A stretch of DNA of 32,000 nt from positions 30,001 to 62,000 of the forward strand of contig OY969938.1 in NCBI GenBank assembly GCA_963704755.1, read 5' to 3'. This DNA comes from an uncultured Chloroflexia bacterium. Its GTDB lineage: Bacteria > Chloroflexota > Anaerolineae > Anaerolineales > Anaerolineaceae. How positions within the stretch are numbered: the first letter of the stretch is position 1; each line of letters starts with the position of its first letter. The position numbers and the translations under genes were made by a program. The notes beneath the pieces are model-generated. The model was not told where the DNA came from and ran no database searches. It saw nothing but the letters and a program-made list of their open reading frames with translations. This document shows positions 1-8,793 of this stretch, in pieces.

Positions 1-1282
1 TGAGGAACGCATACTGTTTTCGAGTGAGGCAAAAAGCATTCTTTAGTTCAGCCCCGGTGGCTAAAATAGGCGGTACTTCCTGGGCCAGGCGAATCGGATC
101 CGGGGCGTAACCGCGCGCCCGGCGGAGCATGCGAGGCTGTCCAGCCAGTACCCGCACCACCAAATCGTCGACGCGCATGTGGATTTCACGGTCGTGCAGC
201 AGGAATGCATCCGCCAGGCCGTCCAGGCGGGTGCGGGCATCCTCATCCTGATAGGCAATCGGCTCTTCACTCAGGTTGGCGCTGGTCATCACCAGGCAGT
301 CCGGGAAACCGGGCTCCGGCTCGAGCAAGAGCAAATGCAGGGGCGTGTAAGCTAACATGAAGCCCAGGGTGGTCTGGTTAGGCGCCACCGATGGGGCGAT
401 GGAAGATCCGGCTTGACGCTGCAGCAGTACGATGGGGTGCTGAGGGGATTGAAGCAATGTGCGTTCGGTCGCATCGACTGAGCAGTATTTTTCGATCGTC
501 TTCAGATCGAAGGTCATCAACGCAAAGGCTTTGTCGCTGCGTTTCTTGCGCTGGCGCAGCTCGTCCACAACGCTGGAATTGGTCGCATCGCAGGCCAGGT
601 GATAGCCGCCCAGCCCTTTGATGGCCAGGATCTTGCCTGCGCGTATCGCCTGGCGAGCAGCTTGCAGCGCGTCTTCACGGCGGGCCAGAACTTTCCCGCC
701 GGCTTCCAGCCAGATCTGCGGCCCACATTCCGGGCAGGCGACCGGTTGGGCGTGGAAGCGCCGGTCGGCGGGGTTTTCGTACTCAGTCCGGCAATCGGGA
801 CACATTTCGAAGGGGGCCATGGTCGTCAAGGGGCGGTCGTAGGGTATATCGCGGATGATGGTGAAGCGCGGCCCGCAGTTGGTGCAGTTGATGAATGGAT
901 AACGGTAGCGCCGGTCGTGGGGGTCGAACAGCTCTCGGGCGCAATCCGGGCAGATAGCCATATCGGCCGAGACGGGAATAAAATCACCCGCCTGGGCGTG
1001 GCTTTCCAGGATCGTAAAAGATGTGTAGTGGTCTGGCTCAAGGGGAGTGACTTCGATCTGGTCGATATGGGCCAGGGGAGGCGGCTCGTTGCGCAGCGCT
1101 GCCATAAATTGGTAGATGGCAGCCGGCTGGCCGTTGATCTCGATCTCGACGCCGGCCGAAGTGTTGCGCACCCAGCCGGTCAACGAATTGCGTGTAGCCA
1201 AGTTGTAAATAAATGGCCGGAAGCCTACTCCCTGGACAACGCCCCTTACCCAGATCTTGCAGGCTGCCTTTGGCGAATTCAT
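1..1282 (-). CDS. hypF: [NiFe] hydrogenase maturation carbamoyltransferase HypF, N-terminal ~427 codons (gene runs off the left edge)
   Basis: Missing from the ORF track because it is open at the window edge. My minus-strand translation from ATG 1282 (ATGA overlap with the hypB stop) reads MNSPKAACKIWVRGVVQGVGFRPFIYNLA (acylphosphatase-like). Two CxxC-x18-CxxC zinc fingers follow (CPDCARELFDPHDRRYRYPFINCTNCGPRF; CPDCRTEYENPADRRFHAQPVACPECGP), then YrdC-like ILAIKGLGGYHLACDA. No stop down to base 1. Plus-strand ORF 599..1411 is its antisense shadow. Confidence 0.9.
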   Translation of the reverse strand, partial: MNSPKAACKIWVRGVVQGVGFRPFIYNLATRNSLTGWVRNTSAGVEIEINGQPAAIYQFMAALRNEPPPLAHIDQIEVTPLEPDHYTSFTILESHAQAGDFIPVSADMAICPDCARELFDPHDRRYRYPFINCTNCGPRFTIIRDIPYDRPLTTMAPFEMCPDCRTEYENPADRRFHAQPVACPECGPQIWLEAGGKVLARREDALQAARQAIRAGKILAIKGLGGYHLACDATNSSVVDELRQRKKRSDKAFALMTFDLKTIEKYCSVDATERTLLQSPQHPIVLLQRQAGSSIAPSVAPNQTTLGFMLAYTPLHLLLLEPEPGFPDCLVMTSANLSEEPIAYQDEDARTRLDGLADAFLLHDREIHMRVDDLVVRVLAGQPRMLRRARGYAPDPIRLAQEVPPILATGAELKNAFCLTRKQYAFL

Positions 1283-1950
1283 TTAACGCGGTTGCCTTCG
1301 ATGCGAGCGCTCAGCCAGTCTGTCCAGGCCTGTACGCCTTCACCGGTCTTGCAGGAGAGCGGGAAGGTAATCAGCCCAGGGTTGAGCATTTCGACGCCCT
1401 GGCGAAAATAGTCCATATTGAAATCGATGTAGGGGGTCAGATCGGTCTTGTTGATGATCAAGACTTCCAGGCCCCGGTAGATGTTGGGGTACTTGTAAGG
1501 CTTATCGTCGCCTTCGGGGATACTGGCTACCAGAATGTTCAGGTGGGTACCCAGGGTGAATGCAGCCGGGCAGATGAGGTTGCCCACATTTTCGACGATC
1601 ACCAGGTCCAGGCCGGTCAAGGGGAGCTGGCTTAGTCCCGCTTTGAGCATGACGGCATCCAGGTGGCAATCGCCGCCGGTATTGATTTGCACAGCCGGCA
1701 TACCAACCGCCGTGATCTTATCGGCATCGATGGTGACCGGGGCCGTATCGCCTTCAATAACGCCAATCTTGTAGCGGTTTTCGAGGGAATGAATAGTTTT
1801 GAGGATAAAGCTGGTTTTTCCAGCGCCGGGTGAGGCCATCAGGTTGATCCCCAGCACCCGATTCTGGTCCAGTAAGCCCTGGTTTAATTGGGCAACCTGG
1901 TCGTTTGCATCGAGAATTTTTTCAACAACCGGGACACGTGATACAGGCAT
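1279..1950 (-). CDS. hypB: Hydrogenase nickel-incorporation GTPase HypB
   Basis: P-loop MASPGAGKTSF, ENVGNLICP and NKTDL motifs typical of HypB/UreG G3E GTPases. The ORF track starts at GTG 1959, but ATG 1950 lies 6 nt after a GAGGTG Shine-Dalgarno, so I prefer it. Confidence 0.9.
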   Translation of the reverse strand: MPVSRVPVVEKILDANDQVAQLNQGLLDQNRVLGINLMASPGAGKTSFILKTIHSLENRYKIGVIEGDTAPVTIDADKITAVGMPAVQINTGGDCHLDAVMLKAGLSQLPLTGLDLVIVENVGNLICPAAFTLGTHLNILVASIPEGDDKPYKYPNIYRGLEVLIINKTDLTPYIDFNMDYFRQGVEMLNPGLITFPLSCKTGEGVQAWTDWLSARIEGNRVK

Positions 1951-1960
1951 AAAAGTCACC

Positions 1961-2309
1961 TCAAGGTTTTTCGACGCCGATACTTTCCAGGTAGAATTCT
2001 TCTCCCTGGGTGATATTGACGCGCATAGATCCGCAATTCGGGCAGGGTTCGAGTTGGTCTGCTAGCTCGAATTCAGAAGTTGCAGTTTAAACAAACCATT
2101 TTGGCCGGCAGGCGGTTGAAATGCAGCTCGGCGCCCTGGCAAATGGTGTTTTCGGCCAGAATATCCCAATAGAATTGAACGGAATCATCGACAAAGCTGG
2201 ACAGTCGCCCGATGACAAGATAGATATCGGTGACGCGAGTAGCATCGGCCTGTTTTGCATGTTTCAAGGCCAGATCTAATAAAGATTCGGTTATCGCCAG
2301 TTCATGCAT
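1961..2309 (-). pseudogene. hypA: Hydrogenase nickel metallochaperone HypA, reading frame broken by an apparent 1-nt insertion at 2073-2075
   Basis: ORF 2073..2309 gives MHELAITESLLDLAL...MVCLNCNF then TGA. The next frame (2074 down to 1961) continues EFELADQLEPCPNCGSMRVNITQGEEFYLESIGVEKP*. Joined, they restore the HypA zinc site CxxC-x12/13-CxxC and the conserved C-terminus. Confidence 0.85.
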
Positions 2310-2375
2310 TGTCTAATTATAATCTTTGGCTACCAATAATGGACAAACCGAATCCGATTTCTTTTTTGCCTGCGA

Positions 2376-2867
2376 TCACTCAGCAATCACCTGTTCGGAG
2401 GAGTGGACGATTTGTTCCATTAGCTGTAATTTGAACATCAACAAGTTGCTGGCAACCACATTGGCCAGCCGCTTCATGATGACATAACCAACATGGCGAT
2501 CGCGATCGCAAAGTTCGTAAAGCTCGTCGCCATTGAGCACTAACAGGCGGGTATCCTTGACCGCGACTGCCGATGAGGTCCGCTGGCGGACAACCGGGGT
2601 CATGCGCGACCAGCCGATGATATCCAGGGGTTCGGCATAGTAAATGTGAACCTGGCCGCGAGAGGGTATGCTGGAAAAAAGATCTACCTCACCTGAAAGG
2701 ACTATATACACATTATCGATGCGATCCCCCTCGCAGAAGATCGTATCGTCTGGTTGCTTGGTTACGATTGCGGCAATATTCGCCAGGCTCTCGAGTTGCT
2801 TTTGATTAAACTCGAGGAACCAGGGAATACCTTTGAGTATTTCGATCAATTCAGTCTTATTATCCAT
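2376..2867 (-). CDS. Cyclic-nucleotide-binding (cNMP/Crp-type effector) domain protein with no DNA-binding domain
   Basis: The 163-aa ORF follows the cNMP beta-barrel pattern (FCEGDRIDNVYIVLSGEVDLF ... AEPLDIIGW ... RTSSAVAVKDTRLLVL). It ends after the C-helix with no HTH. Confidence 0.75.
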   Translation of the reverse strand: MDNKTELIEILKGIPWFLEFNQKQLESLANIAAIVTKQPDDTIFCEGDRIDNVYIVLSGEVDLFSSIPSRGQVHIYYAEPLDIIGWSRMTPVVRQRTSSAVAVKDTRLLVLNGDELYELCDRDRHVGYVIMKRLANVVASNLLMFKLQLMEQIVHSSEQVIAE

Positions 2868-3027
2868 GGTATACCACTACTTTCGATGCTATTGTTTTAA
2901 CATTCTTGGCGTCTCTATTGAAGTGTCCTCCGTCACAAACCGGCGGGGTCGATTGTCATCAAAATAATGAAATGTAAATAAGAGTTGTCATAATTCATTT
3001 CACAGGATGTTTCCCCCGACTTTGAAA

Positions 3028-4145
3028 GCCGGGCTACCGGTGGGCAGCGCCCGTTGGTGACCAAGGTCGCGGCAACAAAAACGCGAAGACCCACCTGCGT
3101 GGGTCTCTCTTTTGGCAGCGCCTGATTTCCTAGCCGGAGTTTTGCCCGGCGAGCTGATGAAGTGCCCTCCCCAGGCCCTCTCCCAGCGCCGGCCAAGCAA
3201 AACCCTGTCCACTGGATCATTTTTCACCGAAATTGAGCCCCACGCAGGTGGGGCTTCGTGGTTTTGTAGGTGCAGCTTTAGCTGCTGCGGGCCTGGGTAG
3301 AAACGCCGGCCTGGCTACCCCCCGGCTGGGCTACCGGCGGGCAGCGACCGTTGGCGACCAAGGCCGCGGCAACAAAAACACGAAGACCCACCTGCGTGGG
3401 TCTCTCTTTAGGCAGCGCCTGATTCCCTAGCCGGAATTTTGCCCGGCGAGCTGATGAAGTCCCTCCCCCCGGCCCGCTCCCAGCGCCGGCCAAGCAAAAT
3501 CCTGTCCACTGGATCGGTTTACACCGAAATGGAGTCCCACGCAGGTAGGGCTTCGTGGTTTTGTAGGTGCAGCTTTAGCTCCTACGGGCCTGGGTAGAAA
3601 CGCCGGCTGGGCTACCGGCGGGCAGCGCCCGTTGGCGACCAAGGTCGCGGCAACAAAAACACGAAGACCCACCTGCGTGGGTCTCTCTTTTGGCAGCGCC
3701 TGATTCCCTAGCCGGAATTTTGCCCGGCGAGCTGATGAAGTCCCTCCCCCCGGCCCGCTCCCAGCGCCGGCCAAGCAAAATCCTGTCCACTGGATCGGTT
3801 TACACCGAAATGGAGTCCCACGCAGGTAGGGCTTCGTGGTTTTGTAGGTGCAGCTTTAGCTCCTACGGGCCTGGGTAGAAACGCCGGCTGGGCTACCGGC
3901 GGGCAGCGCCCGTTGGCGACCAAGGTCGCGGCAACAAAAACACGAAGACCCACCTGCGTGGGTCTCTCTTTTGGCAGCGCCTGATTCCCTAGCCGGAATT
4001 TTCCCCGGCGAGCTGATGAAGTGCCCTCCCCCCGGCCCTCTCTCACCCTGGCCAAGCAAAACCCTGTCCACTGGATCGGTTTTCACCGAAATGGAGCCCC
4101 ACGAAGGTGGGGCTTCGTGGTTTTGTAGGTGCAGCTTTAGCTGCC
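3028..4145. repeat. Noncoding tandem array, about 3.9 copies of a 281-297 bp GC-rich, hairpin-dense unit
   Basis: The anchor GAAGACCCACCTGCGTGGGTCTC recurs at 3085, 3382, 3663 and 3944 (periods 297, 281, 281). Segment 3411-3721 is base-for-base identical to 3692-4002. ORFs called here occur on both strands, repeat with the unit, and are Gly/Arg/Pro-rich with no RBS. Confidence 0.92.
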
Positions 4146-4177
4146 GTTTGAAGGACGCAACTTGGATTTTGGACGGC

Positions 4178-4729
4178 TCATCTGGCCTGGATCCAGTCCA
4201 GAATACGGCCAGCTGCCTGCGGGACCAGGTCACGGGTTGCCGTCGAAAGCTCCTGCGAGAAGCCAAACTCGAACCCACGCACCGAAACGAGCACTGCCTG
4301 GGGGAGCTTGCCGTACAGGGATTGCACCAGCGACAGGCAGGTCTGGGGTGTCATATGGTGGGTAAAAGGCGAGTTGACGAATTCGGGACTGAGCCTTTCC
4401 AGGTTGACCAGTTGGTCCACCCGACCGGTGTGCGCGTCGATGAAGCACACCCGTTCGTAAGCCGAAAGCAGTTCAGCCTCTTCGGGCATGAGCTGGAGTG
4501 CGAATGCTGCGTCGATCCCAGCGGAGATCGTAACCAGGGGTTCATCCGGCTGTTCAGGCAGGCTGAACCCATAGGATTGGGCAACTGCCTGTAAGACGTG
4601 CCAGGCAACACCGTCGTCCTGGCGGTCAACGTTGCCGTAGCCCAACAACAAGACGCTTTTTGTTAAACCGGCATCTTCCGCAGGAAGATGCCGGTTTAAA
4701 CTTTCGTTGCCAGAATGATCAGTCATCAT
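4178..4729 (-). CDS. hoxW: [NiFe] hydrogenase maturation endopeptidase (HoxW/HyaD/HycI family)
   Basis: N-terminal LLLGYGNVDRQDDGVAWHV matches the GxGNxxxxDDGxG metal-binding motif. Downstream it has FIDAH and a THH(M) region. It overlaps the hoxH stop by 11 nt. Confidence 0.85.
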   Translation of the reverse strand: MMTDHSGNESLNRHLPAEDAGLTKSVLLLGYGNVDRQDDGVAWHVLQAVAQSYGFSLPEQPDEPLVTISAGIDAAFALQLMPEEAELLSAYERVCFIDAHTGRVDQLVNLERLSPEFVNSPFTHHMTPQTCLSLVQSLYGKLPQAVLVSVRGFEFGFSQELSTATRDLVPQAAGRILDWIQAR

Positions 4730-6152
4730 CCCGTGTAATCGTTTTGATCAGGTTTCCATCCGGGTCGAGCATCTCGACGACGATGGGCATTTGACCGACT
4801 GCATGGGTGGAGCAGGACAGGCAGGGGTCGTAAGCGCGTACGGCAGCTTCCACCCGGTTAAGCATACCTTCCTGGATATCTGGGCCGTGGACGTAGGTCT
4901 TGGCGACCGAATCGACCGCTTTGCTCATCGCCCAGTTGTTATTCCCGGTGGCCACAATCAAGTTCACCTTGGTGATCTGGCCATTTTCGTCAGCCCAATA
5001 GTGGTGCCAGAGGGTGCCGCGCGGGGCTTCAATCACACCCACGCCTTCGCCACGGATGTCCTGCCTGGTATTGAGCGTATCCTGGCTGAGGATATCGGGG
5101 TCGTCGAGCAGCACACGCACGTTTTCAGCAGCGTAGAGGGTTTCGATCAGCCTGGCATAGTGGTAGTACAGCGTGTTTTCAACCGGTTTGCCGCTGTTGA
5201 GGCCTTTGAAAATTTTCATTTCTTCTTCGGCCAGTGGGGTCGAAATGCTATCGCTGGCGTTCAAGCGGCCCAAGGGGCCTACGCGATACACCCCACCTGG
5301 GTAACCCAGTTTCTTGTAATAGGGGAATTTGAGGTACGACCAGCTCTCGACGTGCTCGGCGATGTAATCCAGGTAGTCGCGGCCATCGAAGCATTCCAAT
5401 TCCTGGCCGGCCTGGTCGATCAGGCGTACATTGCCATCGTACAGCTCCAGGCTGTTGCCTTCTTTGACCATGCCCAGGTAACCGGAGGGGAAGACGGCAA
5501 ACTTGTTGATGTCTTCCATATTCTTGGCAGCCCAGTCTTTCATGATGCCCAGGCCAGCTTGAATGGTGGCGATGGCTTCATCCAGACCGGAGAGAATATC
5601 ATCCCGTTCGGCCGGCTTCAAGGATTTGTTGACCCCACCCGGTACGGCAAAGGTCGGATGGATGCGGCGCCCGCCCAGGGTGTGGATAATTTCTTGTCCA
5701 AATTTGCGCAGGTTGACTGCTTTTAGCGTCAGTCCAGCGTTGGCCTGTACCAGACCGACCACGTTGCGGATGGCGGGGTCGGCGTCGAAGCCCAATAACA
5801 AATCAGGCCCGGCTAGCTCGAAGAAGTGCATGCCGTGGCTCTGGATGATCTGGCCCATGTGCATCAATTCACGCAGAAGTTGAGCCGGGCGGGGAGCGGG
5901 CATGCCCAACAATTCATCGCCAGCCTTGGCAGAAGCCAGGTGATGCGAAACCGGGCAAATTCCGCAAATACGCGGGGTGATATTGGGCATTTCGAAGACC
6001 ATACGGCCTTCGCAGAATTTCTCGAAGCCGCGGAACTCGTTGACGTGCAAGTAGGCGTGGTCCACGCTGCCGTCTTCAGCCATGTGGATGGTGACTTTGG
6101 CGTGACCTTCGATCCGGGTGACCGGTTCAATCGTAATTTTTTGGGTTGCCAT
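4719..6152 (-). CDS. hoxH: [NiFe] hydrogenase large (catalytic) subunit, group 3 / Hox-type
   Basis: N-terminal Ni-Fe ligand motif [13 protein letters not shown] and C-terminal DPCLSCSTH, followed by a 27-aa tail of the kind removed by the endopeptidase. The ORF track begins at TTG 6176, but ATG 6152 follows GGAGGG by 5 nt and does not overlap hoxY, so I prefer it. Confidence 0.93.
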   Translation of the reverse strand: MATQKITIEPVTRIEGHAKVTIHMAEDGSVDHAYLHVNEFRGFEKFCEGRMVFEMPNITPRICGICPVSHHLASAKAGDELLGMPAPRPAQLLRELMHMGQIIQSHGMHFFELAGPDLLLGFDADPAIRNVVGLVQANAGLTLKAVNLRKFGQEIIHTLGGRRIHPTFAVPGGVNKSLKPAERDDILSGLDEAIATIQAGLGIMKDWAAKNMEDINKFAVFPSGYLGMVKEGNSLELYDGNVRLIDQAGQELECFDGRDYLDYIAEHVESWSYLKFPYYKKLGYPGGVYRVGPLGRLNASDSISTPLAEEEMKIFKGLNSGKPVENTLYYHYARLIETLYAAENVRVLLDDPDILSQDTLNTRQDIRGEGVGVIEAPRGTLWHHYWADENGQITKVNLIVATGNNNWAMSKAVDSVAKTYVHGPDIQEGMLNRVEAAVRAYDPCLSCSTHAVGQMPIVVEMLDPDGNLIKTITRDDD

Positions 6153-6166
6153 TTTTCCCTCCACCA

Positions 6167-6709
6167 TTAATGCCAATCAAGTTTATCGTTCTTGATTTCC
6201 GGGATACGGCCCTGGGCCAATTCGGCCAGCACATAAAAAATTGTGTCGGCATCCGGCGGGCAGCCAGGGACGAAAACGTCCACCGGCACGACTTCGCTTA
6301 CGGCCCGTACTTTGGTCGGAACACACAGTTCGGGATCATCCGGAATTTTGCCTTCGGAGTCAGTGCTTTCGGTTTCAATATAAGCCCGCCGCAATGACTC
6401 TTCGAGGGTAAAGAAATTACGCATAGCCGGAACGCCACCGAAGACCGCACAGTCACCCAGGGCGACCAGGACCTTACAGTGTTTGCGCATGTTTTCGGCG
6501 ACTTCTTCGTTGTAGGTATTGTTGATGCCGCCTTCCAGAATGCCAACATCGACACCTGATTCATCCGGCCTTTTCAAATCTGTGATCGGGGTGGAGCGCA
6601 GGTCGGCCAGTTCGAGTACTTTGATAATTCGTTCGTCCATGTCCAATAAGGACATGTGACATCCCGAGCAGCCTGCCAACCAGTCCGAGGATACTTTTGG
6701 TTTAGTCAT
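6167..6709 (-). CDS. hoxY: [NiFe] hydrogenase small subunit (group 3, NuoB/20-kDa-like)
   Basis: MTKPKVSSDWLAGCSGCHMSLLDMDE... with further Cys ligands (GDCAVFGG, PGCPP). An AAGGAG RBS lies upstream of ATG 6709. Confidence 0.9.
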   Translation of the reverse strand: MTKPKVSSDWLAGCSGCHMSLLDMDERIIKVLELADLRSTPITDLKRPDESGVDVGILEGGINNTYNEEVAENMRKHCKVLVALGDCAVFGGVPAMRNFFTLEESLRRAYIETESTDSEGKIPDDPELCVPTKVRAVSEVVPVDVFVPGCPPDADTIFYVLAELAQGRIPEIKNDKLDWH

Positions 6710-6739
6710 TGATATTTCTCCTTATACCAGTACGAAAGC

Positions 6740-8692
6740 TCAGGCAGCGATCTCAACTGGAGATGGCTGTTTGCTTAATTCTGCTTGCCAATCCTCATCC
6801 AGGGCAATGCCTAACCGGCCGGCAATCTTTTCCAGCACAGTGCTGCTGGCTAGCACGGCTTCTGGAGCGGTCAGAGACGCCTGGGCGGCCTGGATACGGC
6901 CATCCATGCTTACATAATGGCCGGCCTGTTCCAGCCAGGATTGAACCGGCAGGACCACATCGGCCTGGGCGGTCAGTTTGGATACATGGCTGGCCTGGAC
7001 GACCAGGAAGGGTGCTTTTTCCAGGGTCTTGACCAGGCTCTCGCTGGGGGCTTCGTCGCCCAGGGCGACAAATGCGGCTTTATGGCCGTTGAGCTTGAAG
7101 GCTTTGTCGAGGCCGTACTGGGCGGCAGCGACACTGTTCGCCCCACCTTTGGGGTCGATCAGCGTGGCGCCGATGGTTTCGGCAAATTTGACCAGGGCCT
7201 GCAATGTGGCCAGGTCGTTGATCTTGGCCGGGTCGTAGATAACAACCGGGTTGCTGGTGTTGGCCAGCCGGAAGGCAGCCTCGAGCAGCAGGTCGGAGGA
7301 CACGCCGGATTTGGCAGCCGCCTCAGCAACAGCCGGGTCGGGCTCACCTTCAAAGGCGGCTTTATTCTGGCCTAATTTGGCCGCAGCAGCGGTCAGGCCG
7401 TTGACCAGGGTGGCTTCCTGCCCGGCTTTGGGGGTCAGGCCACAGTTCGTGAATTGGGTCAGATCGTTTTCCTGCGGGTCGACCACCACCAGGGTGATAT
7501 CGTTGGCCAACTTGCGGCGGATGAAGAAGCCGGTTACCTGGTGTTCGTTCATCAGGTCGGCGCCGAAGACGAGCACGCCGCCGGCGTTCTTGAGCGCATC
7601 CAGCTTGCCTTCGAAGGCTTTCCCGGTCTGGGCAGCCATTTCAGAAGTAATGTGGGTGTTGGAACCTTCTTCCAGGGAGGTAACCATATCCCCGGCCAGG
7701 CCGTCGGCAAAAATTTTCTTGAATGCGTAGAGCGATTCGGCCGGCAGGCGAGCGGAAGCCGTTGCGGCGACGCTGTGATCTTTCAGATGTTCGGCTACTG
7801 CGTCCAGGGCTTCATCCCAGGTAGTGGGGATCAAGGCGCCATCTTTGCGGACCATGGGGGAAAGGATGCGTTCGCGATCCTCACTCAGGGGGATGAAGCG
7901 ACCCTCTTTGCACAACAGGCCCTCGTTGACGGGAGCATCCCAATCGCCTTCGATGCGCACAACCTGCCCGTCACGGGTAAGCACGTCGATACCACAGCCG
8001 ACCGAACAGCCGACACACACGGTAAGGTTGTGCTCCACCTGGGTTTCCCTGCCACGGTAAGCTGAACGGCGGTCGATCAACGCGCCGGTGGGGCAGACCT
8101 GCACGCAGGTACCGCAGGATACACAGGAACTTTCACCCAGGGGCACGTTCAAGTCGGCGATGACGAAGGTCTTGGCGCCGCGCTCTTCAACGCCCAAGGT
8201 GTTGGCGCCGACCAGCTCGGAGCAGGCGCGGATGCAGCGCCGGCAGAGGATGCAGCGGTTGTGCTCCAGGATAAAGAACGGGTGGGAAGCATCCACCGGG
8301 TAGCGCTGCCAGTTAGGCTGTAAGTCCCAGTGGGTCATATCTTCATCGTAGGCCGCGTTTTGTAATTCGCAGTCGCCGCCGCTGACCTGGCAGTAAGGGC
8401 AGAAGTGATTGCGCTCGCTGAAGATCAGGGTCAAGACGAATTTGCGGGCCTTGTTAACTTTTTCGGTGGTGGTGTGAACCACCATGTTGTTGCTGACCGG
8501 GATCGTGCAGGCAGATTGCAGAGTCCGAAAACCGTCGATTTCGACCATACATAACCGGCAGCCCCCATACGGCGTCAGGTGCGGGTGGTCGCACAAGGTG
8601 GGGATATGAATACCGGCCTGTTGGGCTGCTCGTAAAACGGTGGTTCCTTCAGGTACCTCTAGATTTTTATTATCGATTGTGATGGTGACCAT
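6740..8692 (-). CDS. Fe-S electron-transfer subunit: HoxU/NuoG-like N-terminus fused to a molybdopterin-oxidoreductase-like domain
   Basis: From MVTITIDNKNLEVPEGTTVL: a 2Fe-2S motif (CDHPHLTPYGGCRLCMVEI), then CPYC/CELQ, then two ferredoxin 4Fe-4S motifs (CILCRRCIRAC; CVSCGTCVQVCP). Next comes a molybdopterin-oxidoreductase-type 4Fe-4S motif (CVGCSVGCGIDV...LCKEGRF) and about 370 further aa. The AAGGAGAG RBS precedes ATG 8692. The ORF-track start at 8839 would overlap the preceding gene. No H-cluster motifs (TSCCP, MPCxxK) are visible. Confidence 0.85.
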   Translation of the reverse strand: MVTITIDNKNLEVPEGTTVLRAAQQAGIHIPTLCDHPHLTPYGGCRLCMVEIDGFRTLQSACTIPVSNNMVVHTTTEKVNKARKFVLTLIFSERNHFCPYCQVSGGDCELQNAAYDEDMTHWDLQPNWQRYPVDASHPFFILEHNRCILCRRCIRACSELVGANTLGVEERGAKTFVIADLNVPLGESSCVSCGTCVQVCPTGALIDRRSAYRGRETQVEHNLTVCVGCSVGCGIDVLTRDGQVVRIEGDWDAPVNEGLLCKEGRFIPLSEDRERILSPMVRKDGALIPTTWDEALDAVAEHLKDHSVAATASARLPAESLYAFKKIFADGLAGDMVTSLEEGSNTHITSEMAAQTGKAFEGKLDALKNAGGVLVFGADLMNEHQVTGFFIRRKLANDITLVVVDPQENDLTQFTNCGLTPKAGQEATLVNGLTAAAAKLGQNKAAFEGEPDPAVAEAAAKSGVSSDLLLEAAFRLANTSNPVVIYDPAKINDLATLQALVKFAETIGATLIDPKGGANSVAAAQYGLDKAFKLNGHKAAFVALGDEAPSESLVKTLEKAPFLVVQASHVSKLTAQADVVLPVQSWLEQAGHYVSMDGRIQAAQASLTAPEAVLASSTVLEKIAGRLGIALDEDWQAELSKQPSPVEIAA

Positions 8693-8793
8693 TCCAATCA
8701 CTCTCCTTAGCGTATGGGGTTCTTGCACCAGCAAGTCATTTTTAATTTTTTTCTCAACCAGTGACCATCTTCGCCGGATGGCGCCAGGCTCGT

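Noticed and set aside
599-1411. 270-aa plus-strand ORF (and neighbours 391..621, 618..842, 1213..1635)
   Set aside because: It lies antisense to an unbroken minus-strand reading frame with clear HypF motifs. Its own translation is low-complexity Gly/Ala/Arg-rich with no recognisable domain or RBS.
2073-2075. Programmed +1 ribosomal frameshifting in hypA (and at 9838-9841 in hoxF)
   Set aside because: There is no prfB-like CUU-UGA slippery context, no upstream SD-like stimulator at the right distance, and P-site re-pairing would be poor (UUC to UCU; GAA to AAA). An indel, real or artefactual, is simpler.
3450-3530. Hammerhead ribozyme core (CTGATGA ... GAAA) inside each repeat unit
   Set aside because: The ~68 nt between CUGAUGA and GAAA do not form a stem II closing at the core (A...C instead of a G-C pair, and AGUCC does not pair with ACACC). 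No stem I/III partners or cleavage-site context could be drawn.
3028-4145. CRISPR array
   Set aside because: The units are 281-297 bp and fully repeated with no unique spacers. No cas genes are in the window.
2933-4278. Overlapping 60-140 aa ORFs on both strands across the tandem array (for example 3427..3774, 3708..4055, 3690..3878)
   Set aside because: The near-identical proteins are a by-product of the DNA repeat. They have no RBS, some use TTG starts, both strands are open, and the composition is Gly/Arg/Pro/Ala-rich. A noncoding repeat explains them better.
4791-5726. 311-aa plus-strand ORF inside hoxH (also 5563..5883 and 5826..6170)
   Set aside because: These are antisense shadows of the [NiFe] large-subunit gene. 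High-GC coding regions commonly give long stop-free antisense frames.
6740-8692. A hidden [FeFe] hydrogenase HydA
   Set aside because: The N-terminal Fe-S domains resemble HydA, but the C-terminal half lacks H-cluster signatures (TSCCPxW, MPCxxKxxE, ExMACxxGCxxG). It carries a molybdopterin-oxidoreductase-type CxxCxxxC...C motif instead.
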